A stretch of DNA of 64,000 bases from the IMG/VR virus record IMGVR_UViG_3300037067_007264, positions 32,001 through 96,000 of that record. One strand, written 5' to 3'. Shown here piece after piece: positions 37,722-47,701 of the stretch (positions are counted from its first letter, which is position 1; each line of letters starts with the position of its first letter). The notes below the pieces were generated by a model, which made no database searches, was not told the origin of the DNA, and saw only the letters and a program-made list of their open reading frames with translations. A program made the position numbers and the translations under genes. The DNA is from a virus. Its lineage: Duplodnaviria > Caudoviricetes.

Positions 37722-38003
37722 ATGTCCATTGATCCATTCACCGGTGAATTCGAAAGTCGCCGAGAGGCAAAACTAACCATCTCAAGGGTCATTACGGACA
37801 GGGGGCCAGACGTTTGCGTGCATCTCTTATCAGCTGATGGTACTGAAGTTGCTGTACTCTCACTTTTGCATGCATCACACTTTGTATCACCTGGGGGTAC
37901 TCGAGAGGCCGTAGCAAGATGGTTGGGTGAGATGAACAACACCAAGCCACCAAAGATTCCGGTGGAACCTCCAACGAGATTTGAGCGCGAGGAAGTGATC
38001 TAG
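37722..38003 (+). CDS. Hypothetical protein, tag PTRFEREEVI
   Basis: GGTGTA upstream; tag. Confidence 0.85.
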   Translation: MSIDPFTGEFESRREAKLTISRVITDRGPDVCVHLLSADGTEVAVLSLLHASHFVSPGGTREAVARWLGEMNNTKPPKIPVEPPTRFEREEVI

Positions 38004-38329
38004 ATCACCGGGTTTCGTTCAAAGCGGGTTGGAGCTATTACTTTCGGTTCTTCCACTGATGCACTCTCGTTGACAATAGGGTCACCCGTCCTGGGTGACC
38101 CATCTCTTTGATATTGAACATTATTGACTACTATGTAAGCTGCATCATCTGCCGCAGCTTCAACGGCGTCTTCGGTAGCAAGTTCACCTAGTACTCGTTC
38201 CTGTATTAGGGTCAAGTATACAGCCAGAGACCTCTGTGTGACGTCATAGACATCCTCAGGATCAAAACCCTCTTCCAGGAGGGTATCGACCATATCTTCG
38301 GCAATGGCTGAGATGTCTCGAGCGGGCAC
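38000..38329 (-). CDS. Hypothetical protein, tag PTRFERNPVI
   Basis: Tag; converges on the previous gene. Confidence 0.85.
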   Translation of the reverse strand: MPARDISAIAEDMVDTLLEEGFDPEDVYDVTQRSLAVYLTLIQERVLGELATEDAVEAAADDAAYIVVNNVQYQRDGSPRTGDPIVNESASVEEPKVIAPTRFERNPVI

Positions 38330-38338
38330 CGGGACAGG

Positions 38339-39196
38339 TTACACTAAGTTCCGTATCGGTTCAAGTCGTACCTTGAGCTTTTTTACGACCTTAGTCTGCA
38401 ATTGGCGTACCCTCTCGCGGGAGACCCCGAGTTGAGTACCTAGTTCCTTGAGGCTCACAACCTCTTCCGGATCCTTCATGAGACGATCCGTCACGATTCT
38501 AATCTCGCGTGGGGTTAGGGAGGACATAGCTTCTTTCACGGATTCTTGGTAGAGAGCTTGAAGCTCATGGTCCACCACATAATCATCCTGTCTCTGCAGG
38601 TCAGAGGACAGACTGTCTCCAATCTCCAAGTGGCTACCATCTTTGCTCCTATGGGAGTCCATCGACAAGGACAAGTCCCTCTTATCGGTAGCCTGCATGA
38701 ATTGTTGAACCTTCTTCAGAGGGAGATTCATGCTCTTTACTAATGCCTGTTCAACCTCACTTGGAGTCGTGTAAGTGTTCTGAGCTCGGACCTTCTCCTT
38801 ATGAAACTTGAAGAAGTCCTTTGATCGAAACTTCACTAAAGAGTTGGTCTCGTTTTGGTACTTGACCACATGTTTGAATAGGTAGGCTCGAATCCAATAC
38901 ACGGCAAATGTGACGAATCGGTTACCACTATCTGGATCGTAACGACTGTCAATAGCCATAAGGAGGCCAAGGTTACCCTCGCTGATCAGCTCCTCTATTG
39001 GAATTGGGTATCGCTTAAACTGAAGGGCAACCGCGGTCACATATCGTAGAGAAGCGTTAATGATCTTTGCTCGAGCTGCATAGTCTCCTTTGTCCCTCCA
39101 AGCCTTGTACAGACGAATCTCCTCTTCTCTTGAGAGTACAGGGATCGACTTCACATAGGTGATGTAGTCAGATATCGTCTTATCAATATGGAACAT
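38339..39196 (-). CDS. RNA polymerase sigma-70 family factor (RpoH/RpoD-like)
   Basis: Region 1.2 LSREEE, region 2 ELISEGNLGLL-x-A...YDP...RF-x-TFA-x-YWIR, region 4 L-x-ELG-x-x-LGVSRERVRQ. Confidence 0.93.
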   Translation of the reverse strand: MFHIDKTISDYITYVKSIPVLSREEEIRLYKAWRDKGDYAARAKIINASLRYVTAVALQFKRYPIPIEELISEGNLGLLMAIDSRYDPDSGNRFVTFAVYWIRAYLFKHVVKYQNETNSLVKFRSKDFFKFHKEKVRAQNTYTTPSEVEQALVKSMNLPLKKVQQFMQATDKRDLSLSMDSHRSKDGSHLEIGDSLSSDLQRQDDYVVDHELQALYQESVKEAMSSLTPREIRIVTDRLMKDPEEVVSLKELGTQLGVSRERVRQLQTKVVKKLKVRLEPIRNLV

Positions 39197-39249
39197 GGGT
39201 GGCTACTAACTATACCTCAATAGAAGATAAGAGGGGGACTATAAGCAGA

Positions 39250-39792
39250 CTATCGATTCCTTGTGTTGAACTCAAGGAGGTCCATCCTCGCTCTTAGTTC
39301 TTGATTATCGCTCTCGAGTCTCGCTATTCGACCCAGTAGTTCACTGAGGGTATAGGTCAGCCTCACATTATTTTCATACACGATACTCTGAAGTTGATTG
39401 AAATCATTGTTACCTGATATGTCAAGGTGGTGGATGGAATCCCAAGAACCCATACCCCCACTCGAGACAAGTAAGGGTCCACCACCAGATAGACCATTGC
39501 CGATGTTTTCTGGTGCAGGGCCGATCTGAACTCCAGTAGGTTCAACTTGAAGAGGCCTTAATGAAGAAGAATCGATGCGTATGGACCCACTATCATCCCC
39601 GTAGAATGTTGGATGTAACACCTCGGATGTAGGAGGACCAAGTATTCCAGATGGATAGTTCCTATGAGTCATCAAGTCCCATTCCTCTTCACGAAGTTTG
39701 GAAATCTTGAGAAGCTCATCCCGAAGACTGCTGATGGACGGCTTTGGTGCAGGCCTGATAGCCGCCCAGTACTCTTCTAAGTCGTCTTCCAT
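39250..39792 (-). CDS. Hypothetical protein, N-terminal motif DDLEEYWAAIRP
   Basis: Start set by GGTGTA; motif; C-terminal coiled coil. Confidence 0.8.
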   Translation of the reverse strand: MEDDLEEYWAAIRPAPKPSISSLRDELLKISKLREEEWDLMTHRNYPSGILGPPTSEVLHPTFYGDDSGSIRIDSSSLRPLQVEPTGVQIGPAPENIGNGLSGGGPLLVSSGGMGSWDSIHHLDISGNNDFNQLQSIVYENNVRLTYTLSELLGRIARLESDNQELRARMDLLEFNTRNR

Positions 39793-39859
39793 TGAGGTAT
39801 CGGTTACACCGAAGTTCAATGTCTTGCGTTTTTCAATGGTTCGGTGTAACTGGTAGCCA

Positions 39860-40555
39860 GTGTTCAAGAAAGACGTTAGGGAGATTGATACCCTGGATGT
39901 TGACGAGAGTGGTCACCTGAAGACCGCACTCGAAGCCCTTCGATTACTAATCATTGAAAAGCTTGAGTCAGGTCAAAGAACTCGATTCGCTTCAGTGGCT
40001 AGCTTGTGTGATGTAGCTCAATCGCTAATGAGATCTGAAGCGAACCCACGAGTCCCAAAGAGTAGGAAAGTTGCCTATATGGAGGATTATGAGGGTGCTG
40101 AGGGTGAGTATACCCCAAACGTTGTTGGAGATGTCCAATTCATGGGTCAACCAGTAATGTACCCGGATCCTAGGTACCAAAAAAGGAACATGGGTATTCA
40201 GATGGATGCCCTTTCCCAAGTTAACATAGAGAATCAGCGGTCTCAATGGGCTGCAGCTGAAGCTCAAGAACTTCGAGACTTGCTATCTGTTCGTGAAGTT
40301 ATAGGGGCATCTAGTAATAAAGATCTACTCGATGCCAGAGTAGCTAAGTTATTCAAGAACATAGGAGAGAGAACTGAAAATGGTAACCTGGTACATTCCG
40401 AGCTTTCACGGGGATCTTCAACTGGAGGCTCTAAGTCCAACAGAGACATCCCTTCGAATGTACAGCCTGTCCAATGTGGAACTGAGGGTAATGGAATCCT
40501 TCAGGAAGAAGGCTCTGAGAGGCGGGATACTATTCAAGCCTTGGGCGACAGCTGA
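39860..40555 (+). CDS. Hypothetical protein
   Basis: GGTGTA upstream. Confidence 0.75.
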   Translation: MFKKDVREIDTLDVDESGHLKTALEALRLLIIEKLESGQRTRFASVASLCDVAQSLMRSEANPRVPKSRKVAYMEDYEGAEGEYTPNVVGDVQFMGQPVMYPDPRYQKRNMGIQMDALSQVNIENQRSQWAAAEAQELRDLLSVREVIGASSNKDLLDARVAKLFKNIGERTENGNLVHSELSRGSSTGGSKSNRDIPSNVQPVQCGTEGNGILQEEGSERRDTIQALGDS

Positions 40556-41168
40556 TAGCTTCCCTCCCATTTCGGAGTCCATATGTAGGACGGACCAGGG
40601 AATGACAGTTCGACTCCAGGCCTCTATCACCAAGGTAGCCAAGCACATAACTTCCAGACTGAAGCCCAGTCGAAGTCAGATCTCGGTAGTGAAGCTATCC
40701 AATGGTAATCTTCAGGAGTATAGGATCGATCCAACTCCTTCTGTAGCGGTAGCCTATCGAAGACCCTCTGTGACAGAGTCCATTGAGGAGTACTGGGAGG
40801 CTATCAAGTTGCCGGCGCTTACCGTGGCAGCTACGACAGTTGCCGTACCGGATAGAGGTTGTCCCGTTCCTGAATTTGCCAAGGCTGAGATTCGAGCTAC
40901 AAGGGTTCTAGAGGCATTCTTGGACCCAGGACAGATGGAGGACTTCCGACGGACAAATCAATTCATTACCATTGGTCAGGATACCGGCCATCGATACCTA
41001 CTTACCTCACGGATGAAGGTGAATAAGGGAGCCTTGTTTGACCTGGATCTTGATCGGTCCATTTGTGTACATGATTGGGAGGTACCAGCAGCTGAAGAGC
41101 TTTTGGGTCTCCACTTGTTCCTATCACTCCCAGGTTGGGAGAGTTGGATGCTCGAACTACCGGAGTGA
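40380..41168 (+). CDS. Hypothetical protein with internal SIEEYWEAIK motif
   Basis: 262-aa ORF. Confidence 0.8.
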   Translation: MVTWYIPSFHGDLQLEALSPTETSLRMYSLSNVELRVMESFRKKALRGGILFKPWATADSFPPISESICRTDQGMTVRLQASITKVAKHITSRLKPSRSQISVVKLSNGNLQEYRIDPTPSVAVAYRRPSVTESIEEYWEAIKLPALTVAATTVAVPDRGCPVPEFAKAEIRATRVLEAFLDPGQMEDFRRTNQFITIGQDTGHRYLLTSRMKVNKGALFDLDLDRSICVHDWEVPAAEELLGLHLFLSLPGWESWMLELPE

Positions 41169-41170
41169 TT

Positions 41171-41773
41171 ATGCTTCCAACATCAGTCACCATTGGGCTA
41201 CTTCTGTTAGTTACTTTTACTCTTGGCTACTTGATTGGCCATAAGAAGGGGTTGCGCGAAGGAATCAAACTTAGAGAGGCTTTCAATAAGCCCCCTCCGC
41301 CCCCACCAAAGGAGGATACAGCTACCGCTTCTTCGGTTCCCTCTCTTGAGGTATCAGACCCAGATCGAATATTCGTTGACAAGTATAGTGTTTACAGAGG
41401 GGGAGTGATCTTCCGAGGGGGTCTGGAAATAGCTATCATTGATGAATCATCCCCCTTTGAGTTTGATAAGCTTCATGGTGTGCAGGAACTAAGTAGTGAC
41501 TTTGAACACTGTCGTAGGTTGAGTCGGCTATGGTTCGAAAAGTTTGGGGTTGATGCTGGGGTAGCTCTCTGTAATAGAGCGTACTTTGTCTCAAAGTCCG
41601 GTTTATTCTGGAAAGGTGACTTCATTCTCGGCAGGTTGGGTTCTCAATTTGAATTCGAAAAACTTAGTGGAAGCCCTGAGTTTTATCTGAAACCAGGACC
41701 GGAAGACGTAGAGATCTGTGAGAAGTTGTCCCTAGCCTGGAAGGCAGAATTCTTACCACCAACTGCTGCTTAG
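41171..41773 (+). CDS. Membrane-anchored protein with an internal two-fold repeat
   Basis: TM helix; FEFDKLHG...C-x-x-LS-x-x-W repeated as FEFEKLSG...CEKLS-x-x-W. Confidence 0.8.
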   Translation: MLPTSVTIGLLLLVTFTLGYLIGHKKGLREGIKLREAFNKPPPPPPKEDTATASSVPSLEVSDPDRIFVDKYSVYRGGVIFRGGLEIAIIDESSPFEFDKLHGVQELSSDFEHCRRLSRLWFEKFGVDAGVALCNRAYFVSKSGLFWKGDFILGRLGSQFEFEKLSGSPEFYLKPGPEDVEICEKLSLAWKAEFLPPTAA

Positions 41774-42192
41774 ATCACATCTTCTCTTTCGAACCTTGTC
41801 GGATGGGGCTCCTTGAACCACCACGCGGGATTTACACTCTTCTCTGGTTGATGCTCAACTAGAGCAGCAGCGATCTGGGTCTCCATATAGAACATCACCA
41901 CCTTGGACGGCCAAGCTGGCATTGGTTCAATAGCTCTGAGAATGTGCTCGTTACGAAGTCCAAAGTCAGTCAGTAACCTAGCCGTAGTGGGAACCACTTC
42001 AAGCCAGAATTGACTCTTACCCTCGACTTCACGACATAGAAACATGGTGTGCCATCTTCTACCGTCGTAGACATCATCTTGATGTTCTACCCAGACTCTT
42101 CTGTCCCAATCGAATAGATGCTTAGGCTTCAACGCCATGAGATCTCTTGATTGGAGCCTAGTGACTGGCATCCAGATGATATCAGATGACAT
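41770..42192 (-). CDS. Hypothetical protein, tag PTRFEREDVI
   Basis: GGTGTA upstream; tag. Confidence 0.85.
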   Translation of the reverse strand: MSSDIIWMPVTRLQSRDLMALKPKHLFDWDRRVWVEHQDDVYDGRRWHTMFLCREVEGKSQFWLEVVPTTARLLTDFGLRNEHILRAIEPMPAWPSKVVMFYMETQIAAALVEHQPEKSVNPAWWFKEPHPTRFEREDVI

Positions 42193-42235
42193 GGCTTCCA
42201 ATACACCGAGTCACGGGGTATACTAGCTTGAGCAG

Positions 42236-42547
42236 ATGCTAGAGTTCAAAGTAAATACTCCTGATTCTAAACTTTTGGAAGACCTAGTTGAGAGTGAGAA
42301 GCTCAGCGAAGAGGAGGGGGAGGCCTTTTCCCGAATGCTAAGCGACCTCAAGGCTAGGAAGTTTCAGAAGCTGACTCCACGTCAGCGTGACTGGGTCGAA
42401 GGGGTCCACAAGCGACTTGGGTTAGATCCAGGGGCAGAGAATCTGGTCAGTTCGGGTCAACTTAGGGTTACCGAGGAAGAGCGGGCTAGCCTCAAGGGGT
42501 TTCTTGGTACCCTGGGTCCAAAAAGACTAAGGCCACCAGGTCGATAA
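42236..42547 (+). CDS. Hypothetical protein
   Basis: ORF. Confidence 0.75.
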   Translation: MLEFKVNTPDSKLLEDLVESEKLSEEEGEAFSRMLSDLKARKFQKLTPRQRDWVEGVHKRLGLDPGAENLVSSGQLRVTEEERASLKGFLGTLGPKRLRPPGR

Positions 42548-42751
42548 TCTTTATTTCAGGGCTCTGTAATAACTCTTCTGAGGGTGGATCCTTATTTCAA
42601 TTTTTGCCATCAGATTGAAATAACGGAGGTTGGCCTGTTGTTCAACTGTGAGTAAACATGGGTATAATCGAACCCTTGTAGGTAAATGAGGGCTGCAAAC
42701 TATTTCGACAAAATAGTTGAGTTTTGCTGCTCCTATGCGTAGTACTGCATC

Positions 42752-43822
42752 ATGCAATCTTGTTATCTCGCGGGGCCAGGGACAGTCGACAGGGTTAACA
42801 TCCTACGGGAGGGTACTGATGGGGCAGAGATGAAAGTTGTTCCAGCAAATCCAGTAGTTGTAGAGCTGGTCAAAGAGCGCTATTGTTTCGTGGCCAGCAG
42901 AGACGTTCTATTTGAAGACCCTGAAGCTGCTGGTTTGGAAGCTGAACGGCTTCGAGTTGCAGATATGGAAGCCAGACGTAGACGACAGAAAGAGATTCAA
43001 CAGATGATCAACGCAATGGATAACCAAGGTACGGGTGGGGATACTCAGACACAGGCACCGAATCTCGTTCTGGTGGAAGCCCCTCAAGAGGAGGTAACTC
43101 TTGAAGTGGAAGAGCAAGAAGTCATAGACATAGAGCCGGAGCTTCCGAAATCTAGTCTTGACTTGAGTGAAGAGGACAACGGATCCAACCCCGCCAGTCC
43201 TGTGAACTTCTTGAAGAACATTCAACGGGTGATCGGGAATGAAACCCTATCATTGGAAGAGGTTCACTCAAGGTTGAAGGCTGCTAAGTTGATGCCAGCC
43301 GCTAATAACCCGATCCACTATATCAAGTTTGTCATGTCTCAGGATCGAATCTTATTTGAGCGCCCAACTCGAATGAGTGTTTGCTTGACAGCAGAGAGCC
43401 CTTACTTGGCAACCACTTGGAACCCGGCGAAGGTTTCTACTAAGAAGTCTTCCAAGTCAAAAATTGAAAGTCAAACGCAAACACTTCCACTTGGAACTGT
43501 CAAGAAGAAGCCGGTAAAGAAGCCAGTTGAGCAGAAACCGTTGAAGATCAACCCAGTCTTCTTGACTTGGTTAGGTAATCCGATCACTCAGACGGTTTCG
43601 GACAAAGCTAATTTTGATGGGGAGAAGATGCGGTTACTCGAGCAACAGAAGGGTAACTCCTGGACCTGCGAGATCTTCTTGGTTGATCTGAAGCTATCCT
43701 TCACTGGGGAATCCAAGATGCGGCACCATGCCCGACACAAGGCAGAGGTAGCTATGAAAGAATCCATCAACGAGCTCAACATTCTAGTTCATAACGCTAC
43801 TCATCTAGAAGAAGATGCCTAA
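42752..43822 (+). CDS. Hypothetical protein with putative winged-helix domain
   Basis: Domain shared with 44442..45266; CGTAGTA upstream. Confidence 0.8.
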   Translation: MQSCYLAGPGTVDRVNILREGTDGAEMKVVPANPVVVELVKERYCFVASRDVLFEDPEAAGLEAERLRVADMEARRRRQKEIQQMINAMDNQGTGGDTQTQAPNLVLVEAPQEEVTLEVEEQEVIDIEPELPKSSLDLSEEDNGSNPASPVNFLKNIQRVIGNETLSLEEVHSRLKAAKLMPAANNPIHYIKFVMSQDRILFERPTRMSVCLTAESPYLATTWNPAKVSTKKSSKSKIESQTQTLPLGTVKKKPVKKPVEQKPLKINPVFLTWLGNPITQTVSDKANFDGEKMRLLEQQKGNSWTCEIFLVDLKLSFTGESKMRHHARHKAEVAMKESINELNILVHNATHLEEDA

Positions 43823-44411
43823 GTCCCGTTGGGTGGTCATCGGACCCACTCTTGTCAAGGTACTGAGCGGTAGAAAACGTAAGTTCGTTCAATGCCGTTG
43901 CAAGTGTGGGACTGTCCGATACGTTCAGGAAGTCTCCATCAACTCAAACCGCAGTAAATCCTGTGGTTGTATCTCAAGGGAGAAGAGCGCCAGTAGACCT
44001 GTACGTCATGGATACTCCAGGCGTAATCGGTCCCCAGAGTATAGAATATGGTCTTCGATGTTATCCAGGTGTCGGAATCAAAACGATGCCAACTGGCCTC
44101 GGTATGGTGGGGTTGGGATCACTGTCTGTGAGAGGTGGTACCAATTCGAGAACTTCATCAAAGACATGGGAAAAAGGCCCACCGATAAGCGACTGGGACG
44201 CAAGAATGTCACCAAGGGGTATACTAAGAAAAATACCCTCTGGGTGACAATGGAAGAGAGCGCAAATAACCGGCGCAAGTCCTGTTTGATTACCTTCAAA
44301 GGGGTTCGGATGACGGCAGCAAGGTGGGGGAGGAAGTTTGGCATTCCGTCAAGTACGATAACCAACAGGATACTCCGTGGAAAACAGGGTAAGAGAGCTT
44401 TATTTGGGTAG
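43815..44411 (+). CDS. Phage HNH-type (homing) endonuclease
   Basis: CxCxCG, SKSCGC, Y-x-x-W-x-x-M-x-x-RC, YGG-x-GI-x-VCERW-x-x-F-x-NF-x-x-DMG, N-x-x-W-x-T...NNRR. Confidence 0.85.
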   Translation: MPKSRWVVIGPTLVKVLSGRKRKFVQCRCKCGTVRYVQEVSINSNRSKSCGCISREKSASRPVRHGYSRRNRSPEYRIWSSMLSRCRNQNDANWPRYGGVGITVCERWYQFENFIKDMGKRPTDKRLGRKNVTKGYTKKNTLWVTMEESANNRRKSCLITFKGVRMTAARWGRKFGIPSSTITNRILRGKQGKRALFG

Positions 44412-44441
44412 AGTCGCTATGCTGGTGTACTGACTTGGACG

Positions 44442-45266
44442 ATGCCAAAAAAAACCGTCCGAGCCTATCTCAGTGAGCGAGAGTATATGCAATTCAACAT
44501 CCTAGCAGCCAAAAGAGGTCTTAGCCGTACTCTATTGACACTAAGAGTAATCCAAGAGTACTTAGTGTCTCAAGCGCGAGTTGAGCGTTACATGGTAGAC
44601 CCCGTTGCGGTTCCTGTAGAAACTAAGACGATCAAGATCAATACTCGGCAGTATGCCAGGTTGAAGAAGCTTCAAGTTGATGTACCAGGGTGCTCATGTG
44701 AAGTTCTCGAAGTTGAAGACGTCAAGAACATAATGCTGACCTACCCACTGAGTCGCGAAGCTGACGTTCTGAAGTTCTTAGCTGACTGCCCCAAGGGCTC
44801 GAGAAAGGAGTCCAAGGTCTTTAAGAAAATGGACCCAACTGCAACTCCAGGACTGAAGGCTGCTAGGCGTAAGAAAGAGGAGAGTGAGGGAGCTACCATC
44901 CACTCTCGAATCATCATGGCAGCTGAGAAGATCCTGATGGGGAGTCCTTTGCCGTTCGAAGACTTGTACTCTCAACTCAAGGCTCTAAAAAGAATTCCCG
45001 GTGGGTTTAACCCAAAGCCAATCCTCAGGAGACTACTAAAGGAGAGCCAGTTGTTTGACCTGAGCTCCGATGACACCTACTCTATTAGAGTTGAGTGCCA
45101 AGAAGAGTCGACTCCAGAACCAGAGGACCCAACACCAAACCCGGCTTCAGAAGCGGTTATTGAAGCTCCTCCAATATCTGAAACCCGGATTGAGGTAACC
45201 CCGAGTAAACCTGAGGGTTCAATCCCAAAAGTTCCAGTCCACTTTCCAAGATGGTCAGGAAGTTGA
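44442..45266 (+). CDS. Putative DNA-binding protein (RHH-like N-terminus plus winged-helix-like domain)
   Basis: KKTVRAYLS...AAKRGLSRT...IQEYL; shared domain. Confidence 0.7.
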   Translation: MPKKTVRAYLSEREYMQFNILAAKRGLSRTLLTLRVIQEYLVSQARVERYMVDPVAVPVETKTIKINTRQYARLKKLQVDVPGCSCEVLEVEDVKNIMLTYPLSREADVLKFLADCPKGSRKESKVFKKMDPTATPGLKAARRKKEESEGATIHSRIIMAAEKILMGSPLPFEDLYSQLKALKRIPGGFNPKPILRRLLKESQLFDLSSDDTYSIRVECQEESTPEPEDPTPNPASEAVIEAPPISETRIEVTPSKPEGSIPKVPVHFPRWSGS

Positions 45267-45307
45267 TAAACTTGACTCTTGCTAGGTAACATGCCTAAAA
45301 GGCAAAC

Positions 45308-45838
45308 ATGTCTAGCAGACTGAGAGCTCTTGAATCCGATATCACTACACTCAACGTTGATGTAATTGTCAATGCTGCCAACGAAGTTATGCTTGGAGGC
45401 GGCGGGGTAGACCACGCAATCCATGCTGTAGCAGGGCCAGGGCTTCTGGAAGCCTGTAAGAGGGTCGTTGAGGTAAGTCCTGGAGTCAGGTGCCCAACTG
45501 GGGAAGCTCGCATCACACCGGCCTTTAGCCTGCCTTGCAGGTATGTTATTCACACGGTTGGACCCATCTGGAAAGGTGGGTTCAACAAAGAGGCTGAGCT
45601 TCTCACTTCTTGCTACCGAGAGAGCTTGAAGCTCGCAGCTCAATTCGGAACCTCGGTTGCCTTTCCAAGCATCAGCGCCGGGGCCTATGGTTACCCAACG
45701 GATAAGGCTTGTGAGATAGCTGTACGAGAATGCAAAGCATTCCTGAAAACTGACAGAACTCTCAATGATGTGATTCTAGTTTCATACGAGTCACCGATGA
45801 TCTTCGATATCCTCACGAAGATGATCCAATACCTCTAG
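45308..45838 (+). CDS. Macrodomain ADP-ribose hydrolase (MacroD/YmdB-like)
   Basis: DIT, IVNAAN-x-x-x-LGGGGVD-x-AIH, HTVGP, AFPSISAGAYGYP. Confidence 0.95.
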   Translation: MSSRLRALESDITTLNVDVIVNAANEVMLGGGGVDHAIHAVAGPGLLEACKRVVEVSPGVRCPTGEARITPAFSLPCRYVIHTVGPIWKGGFNKEAELLTSCYRESLKLAAQFGTSVAFPSISAGAYGYPTDKACEIAVRECKAFLKTDRTLNDVILVSYESPMIFDILTKMIQYL

Positions 45839-46260
45839 ATTACATCCTCACGCTCGAACCGAGTCGGTGGTAGGGGTGCATCAGGTTCCTTGTGTACACC
45901 TAAGGATTCGGCACGAAGTCTCTTCACAACTTCCTGATCGACAGTTATCCCATTTAGGACCATTGTCTCGAGAATCTCTTCCATAGTCTGAGGGTAATCT
46001 GCAATATTACCCTCAGAGCGAGGCCTAGCAAGAACTACTCTGGTAAAAGGGTTGTAAGCTGGTGATCTAAACTCTCCAATGCGATTCTGGAGGAAGACTT
46101 GAAGGTCCTGCATGAGAGAGGAGCAATTAGCATTGTTCCAAGGTCCAGGACCAAACTCACTACAAGGAAACCCCGTTACATGTACCAATTGACTTTGATC
46201 CTCGAGGCCGCCTGATTCAGAATCTGGAATTAGCCTAATCTGAACTTCGAGGTATGGCAT
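45835..46260 (-). CDS. Hypothetical protein, tag PTRFEREDVI
   Basis: Start MPYLE next to the upstream stop; tag. Confidence 0.85.
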   Translation of the reverse strand: MPYLEVQIRLIPDSESGGLEDQSQLVHVTGFPCSEFGPGPWNNANCSSLMQDLQVFLQNRIGEFRSPAYNPFTRVVLARPRSEGNIADYPQTMEEILETMVLNGITVDQEVVKRLRAESLGVHKEPDAPLPPTRFEREDVI

Positions 46261-46261
46261 A

Positions 46262-46753
46262 TCACAGTACCGGATCCCTCTCGAATCGAGTCGGGGGTAA
46301 GTTTTCTGATGGAGTATCTCCTTCCACACATTGTTGAAGGAAGTTACTGGCTTTCGCCACAGAAGCATCGACCCCAGCAAACCACTTTTTGCTATCTATC
46401 CCGTTCGATTTGAACTCATCCCTCATACTACTGATAGCTATAATGAGATCCCCAAGGTGGTTGACTAAACCAGAAATAATGGCGTCATCCTCTGGAAAAG
46501 ACCTCACTGATGACATTCCCAATTGAGATCGTAGCCATTGCTCGTACAGGAAACCTTGCTCGAGAGCCGCCTGACGGAAGTCTAATGAGCAAGCATAGTT
46601 CTGCCCCAGGGTTCGAGGGTTGGCGTAGTAAATAGCATCGAGAGCCTGATTTATGAGGTTGCCGCCAATGTCCACAGAGATATCTTCGGATACCCCAAAT
46701 TCCTTTAGGGTATCCTTCATGTGAACAAGTAGTGTGTCAATTGAGTGAGGCAT
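46262..46753 (-). CDS. Hypothetical protein, tag PTRFERDPVL
   Basis: Tag. Confidence 0.85.
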   Translation of the reverse strand: MPHSIDTLLVHMKDTLKEFGVSEDISVDIGGNLINQALDAIYYANPRTLGQNYACSLDFRQAALEQGFLYEQWLRSQLGMSSVRSFPEDDAIISGLVNHLGDLIIAISSMRDEFKSNGIDSKKWFAGVDASVAKASNFLQQCVEGDTPSENLPPTRFERDPVL

Positions 46754-47115
46754 TACAGAACCGGATTTCTTTCAAATCTAGTTGGTCGTGAGATACTATT
46801 CGGGAGAAAATTCATGGCAGCTTGTTCTACATGAGACCTTTCTATAATGTATTGAGCTAGATGTACATGGGCTTCTTCAACGGATTTTTCTAAGGAGGTT
46901 TCTTTTCCACTAGCTGTGAAGGAACACCCGTAAGTTCCGCAATACCACTCATAGGGTTTCGGATTGTCAATGTCAGCCAGATCCCTGAAGATAGACATGT
47001 TGTATCCTCCACGGGTCGTGTACCAATAGATCCCTGGTCGTGATGGTTCGTTGGGTCTTCGAGACACCCTGATCCCCAAGAGAATCAACTCAAGATCCTT
47101 TTCCTCAGTTGGCAT
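46753..47115 (-). CDS. Hypothetical protein, tag PTRFERNPVL
   Basis: GGTGTA upstream; tag. Confidence 0.85.
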   Translation of the reverse strand: MPTEEKDLELILLGIRVSRRPNEPSRPGIYWYTTRGGYNMSIFRDLADIDNPKPYEWYCGTYGCSFTASGKETSLEKSVEEAHVHLAQYIIERSHVEQAAMNFLPNSISRPTRFERNPVL

Positions 47116-47203
47116 AGGCTCCAGTTACACCAAAATAGCTTGTAAAGTCAACTCTTCGGTGTACTATGCGACAGGCCAACCCTAAGCCGGCCAAGTGTAA
47201 GGC

Positions 47204-47701
47204 TTGGGTAAAGTAGCTGACACCGACGATATCGAGTCATTCTGGGATGGGCTGAGGCCTCCACGGGATCCGAGTACATTCACCAATGTAGCTGTCGAGA
47301 GTGTCAACTTAGAAAACCCTGTCGATGAGGAATCAATTCCTTATGTGACTCGTTACACCGTTGATTATGGTGACAACTCTCCCCTTGAGATAGAGGAGTC
47401 TAGTGCCTCCTTCACCACTATTGCCGAGGGTAATATCATCACGGACCCACCCTACTCTTCTCACTTGAGTGGCACGGACAGATCAAACAGGAGTCTCTTT
47501 AGAGAGATCGTTTACGCAACGGAAAGACTCCGCCAGTTACTAGGGTCAGCTGGAATAACCTATAACTTCACCAGACTGATAGATGGAATTGATATTAGAG
47601 CTCAGGATCTTAGTATTGGACCTGAAGATCCACGTTTAGGTTACTACCGAGAGATGACTGTTCTCATGGCCAATTCTGAGGATACCAATGCCAGAAGATA
47701 A
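47204..47701 (+). CDS. Hypothetical protein, N-terminal motif DDIESFWDGLRP
   Basis: Motif. Confidence 0.8.
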   Translation: MGKVADTDDIESFWDGLRPPRDPSTFTNVAVESVNLENPVDEESIPYVTRYTVDYGDNSPLEIEESSASFTTIAEGNIITDPPYSSHLSGTDRSNRSLFREIVYATERLRQLLGSAGITYNFTRLIDGIDIRAQDLSIGPEDPRLGYYREMTVLMANSEDTNARR

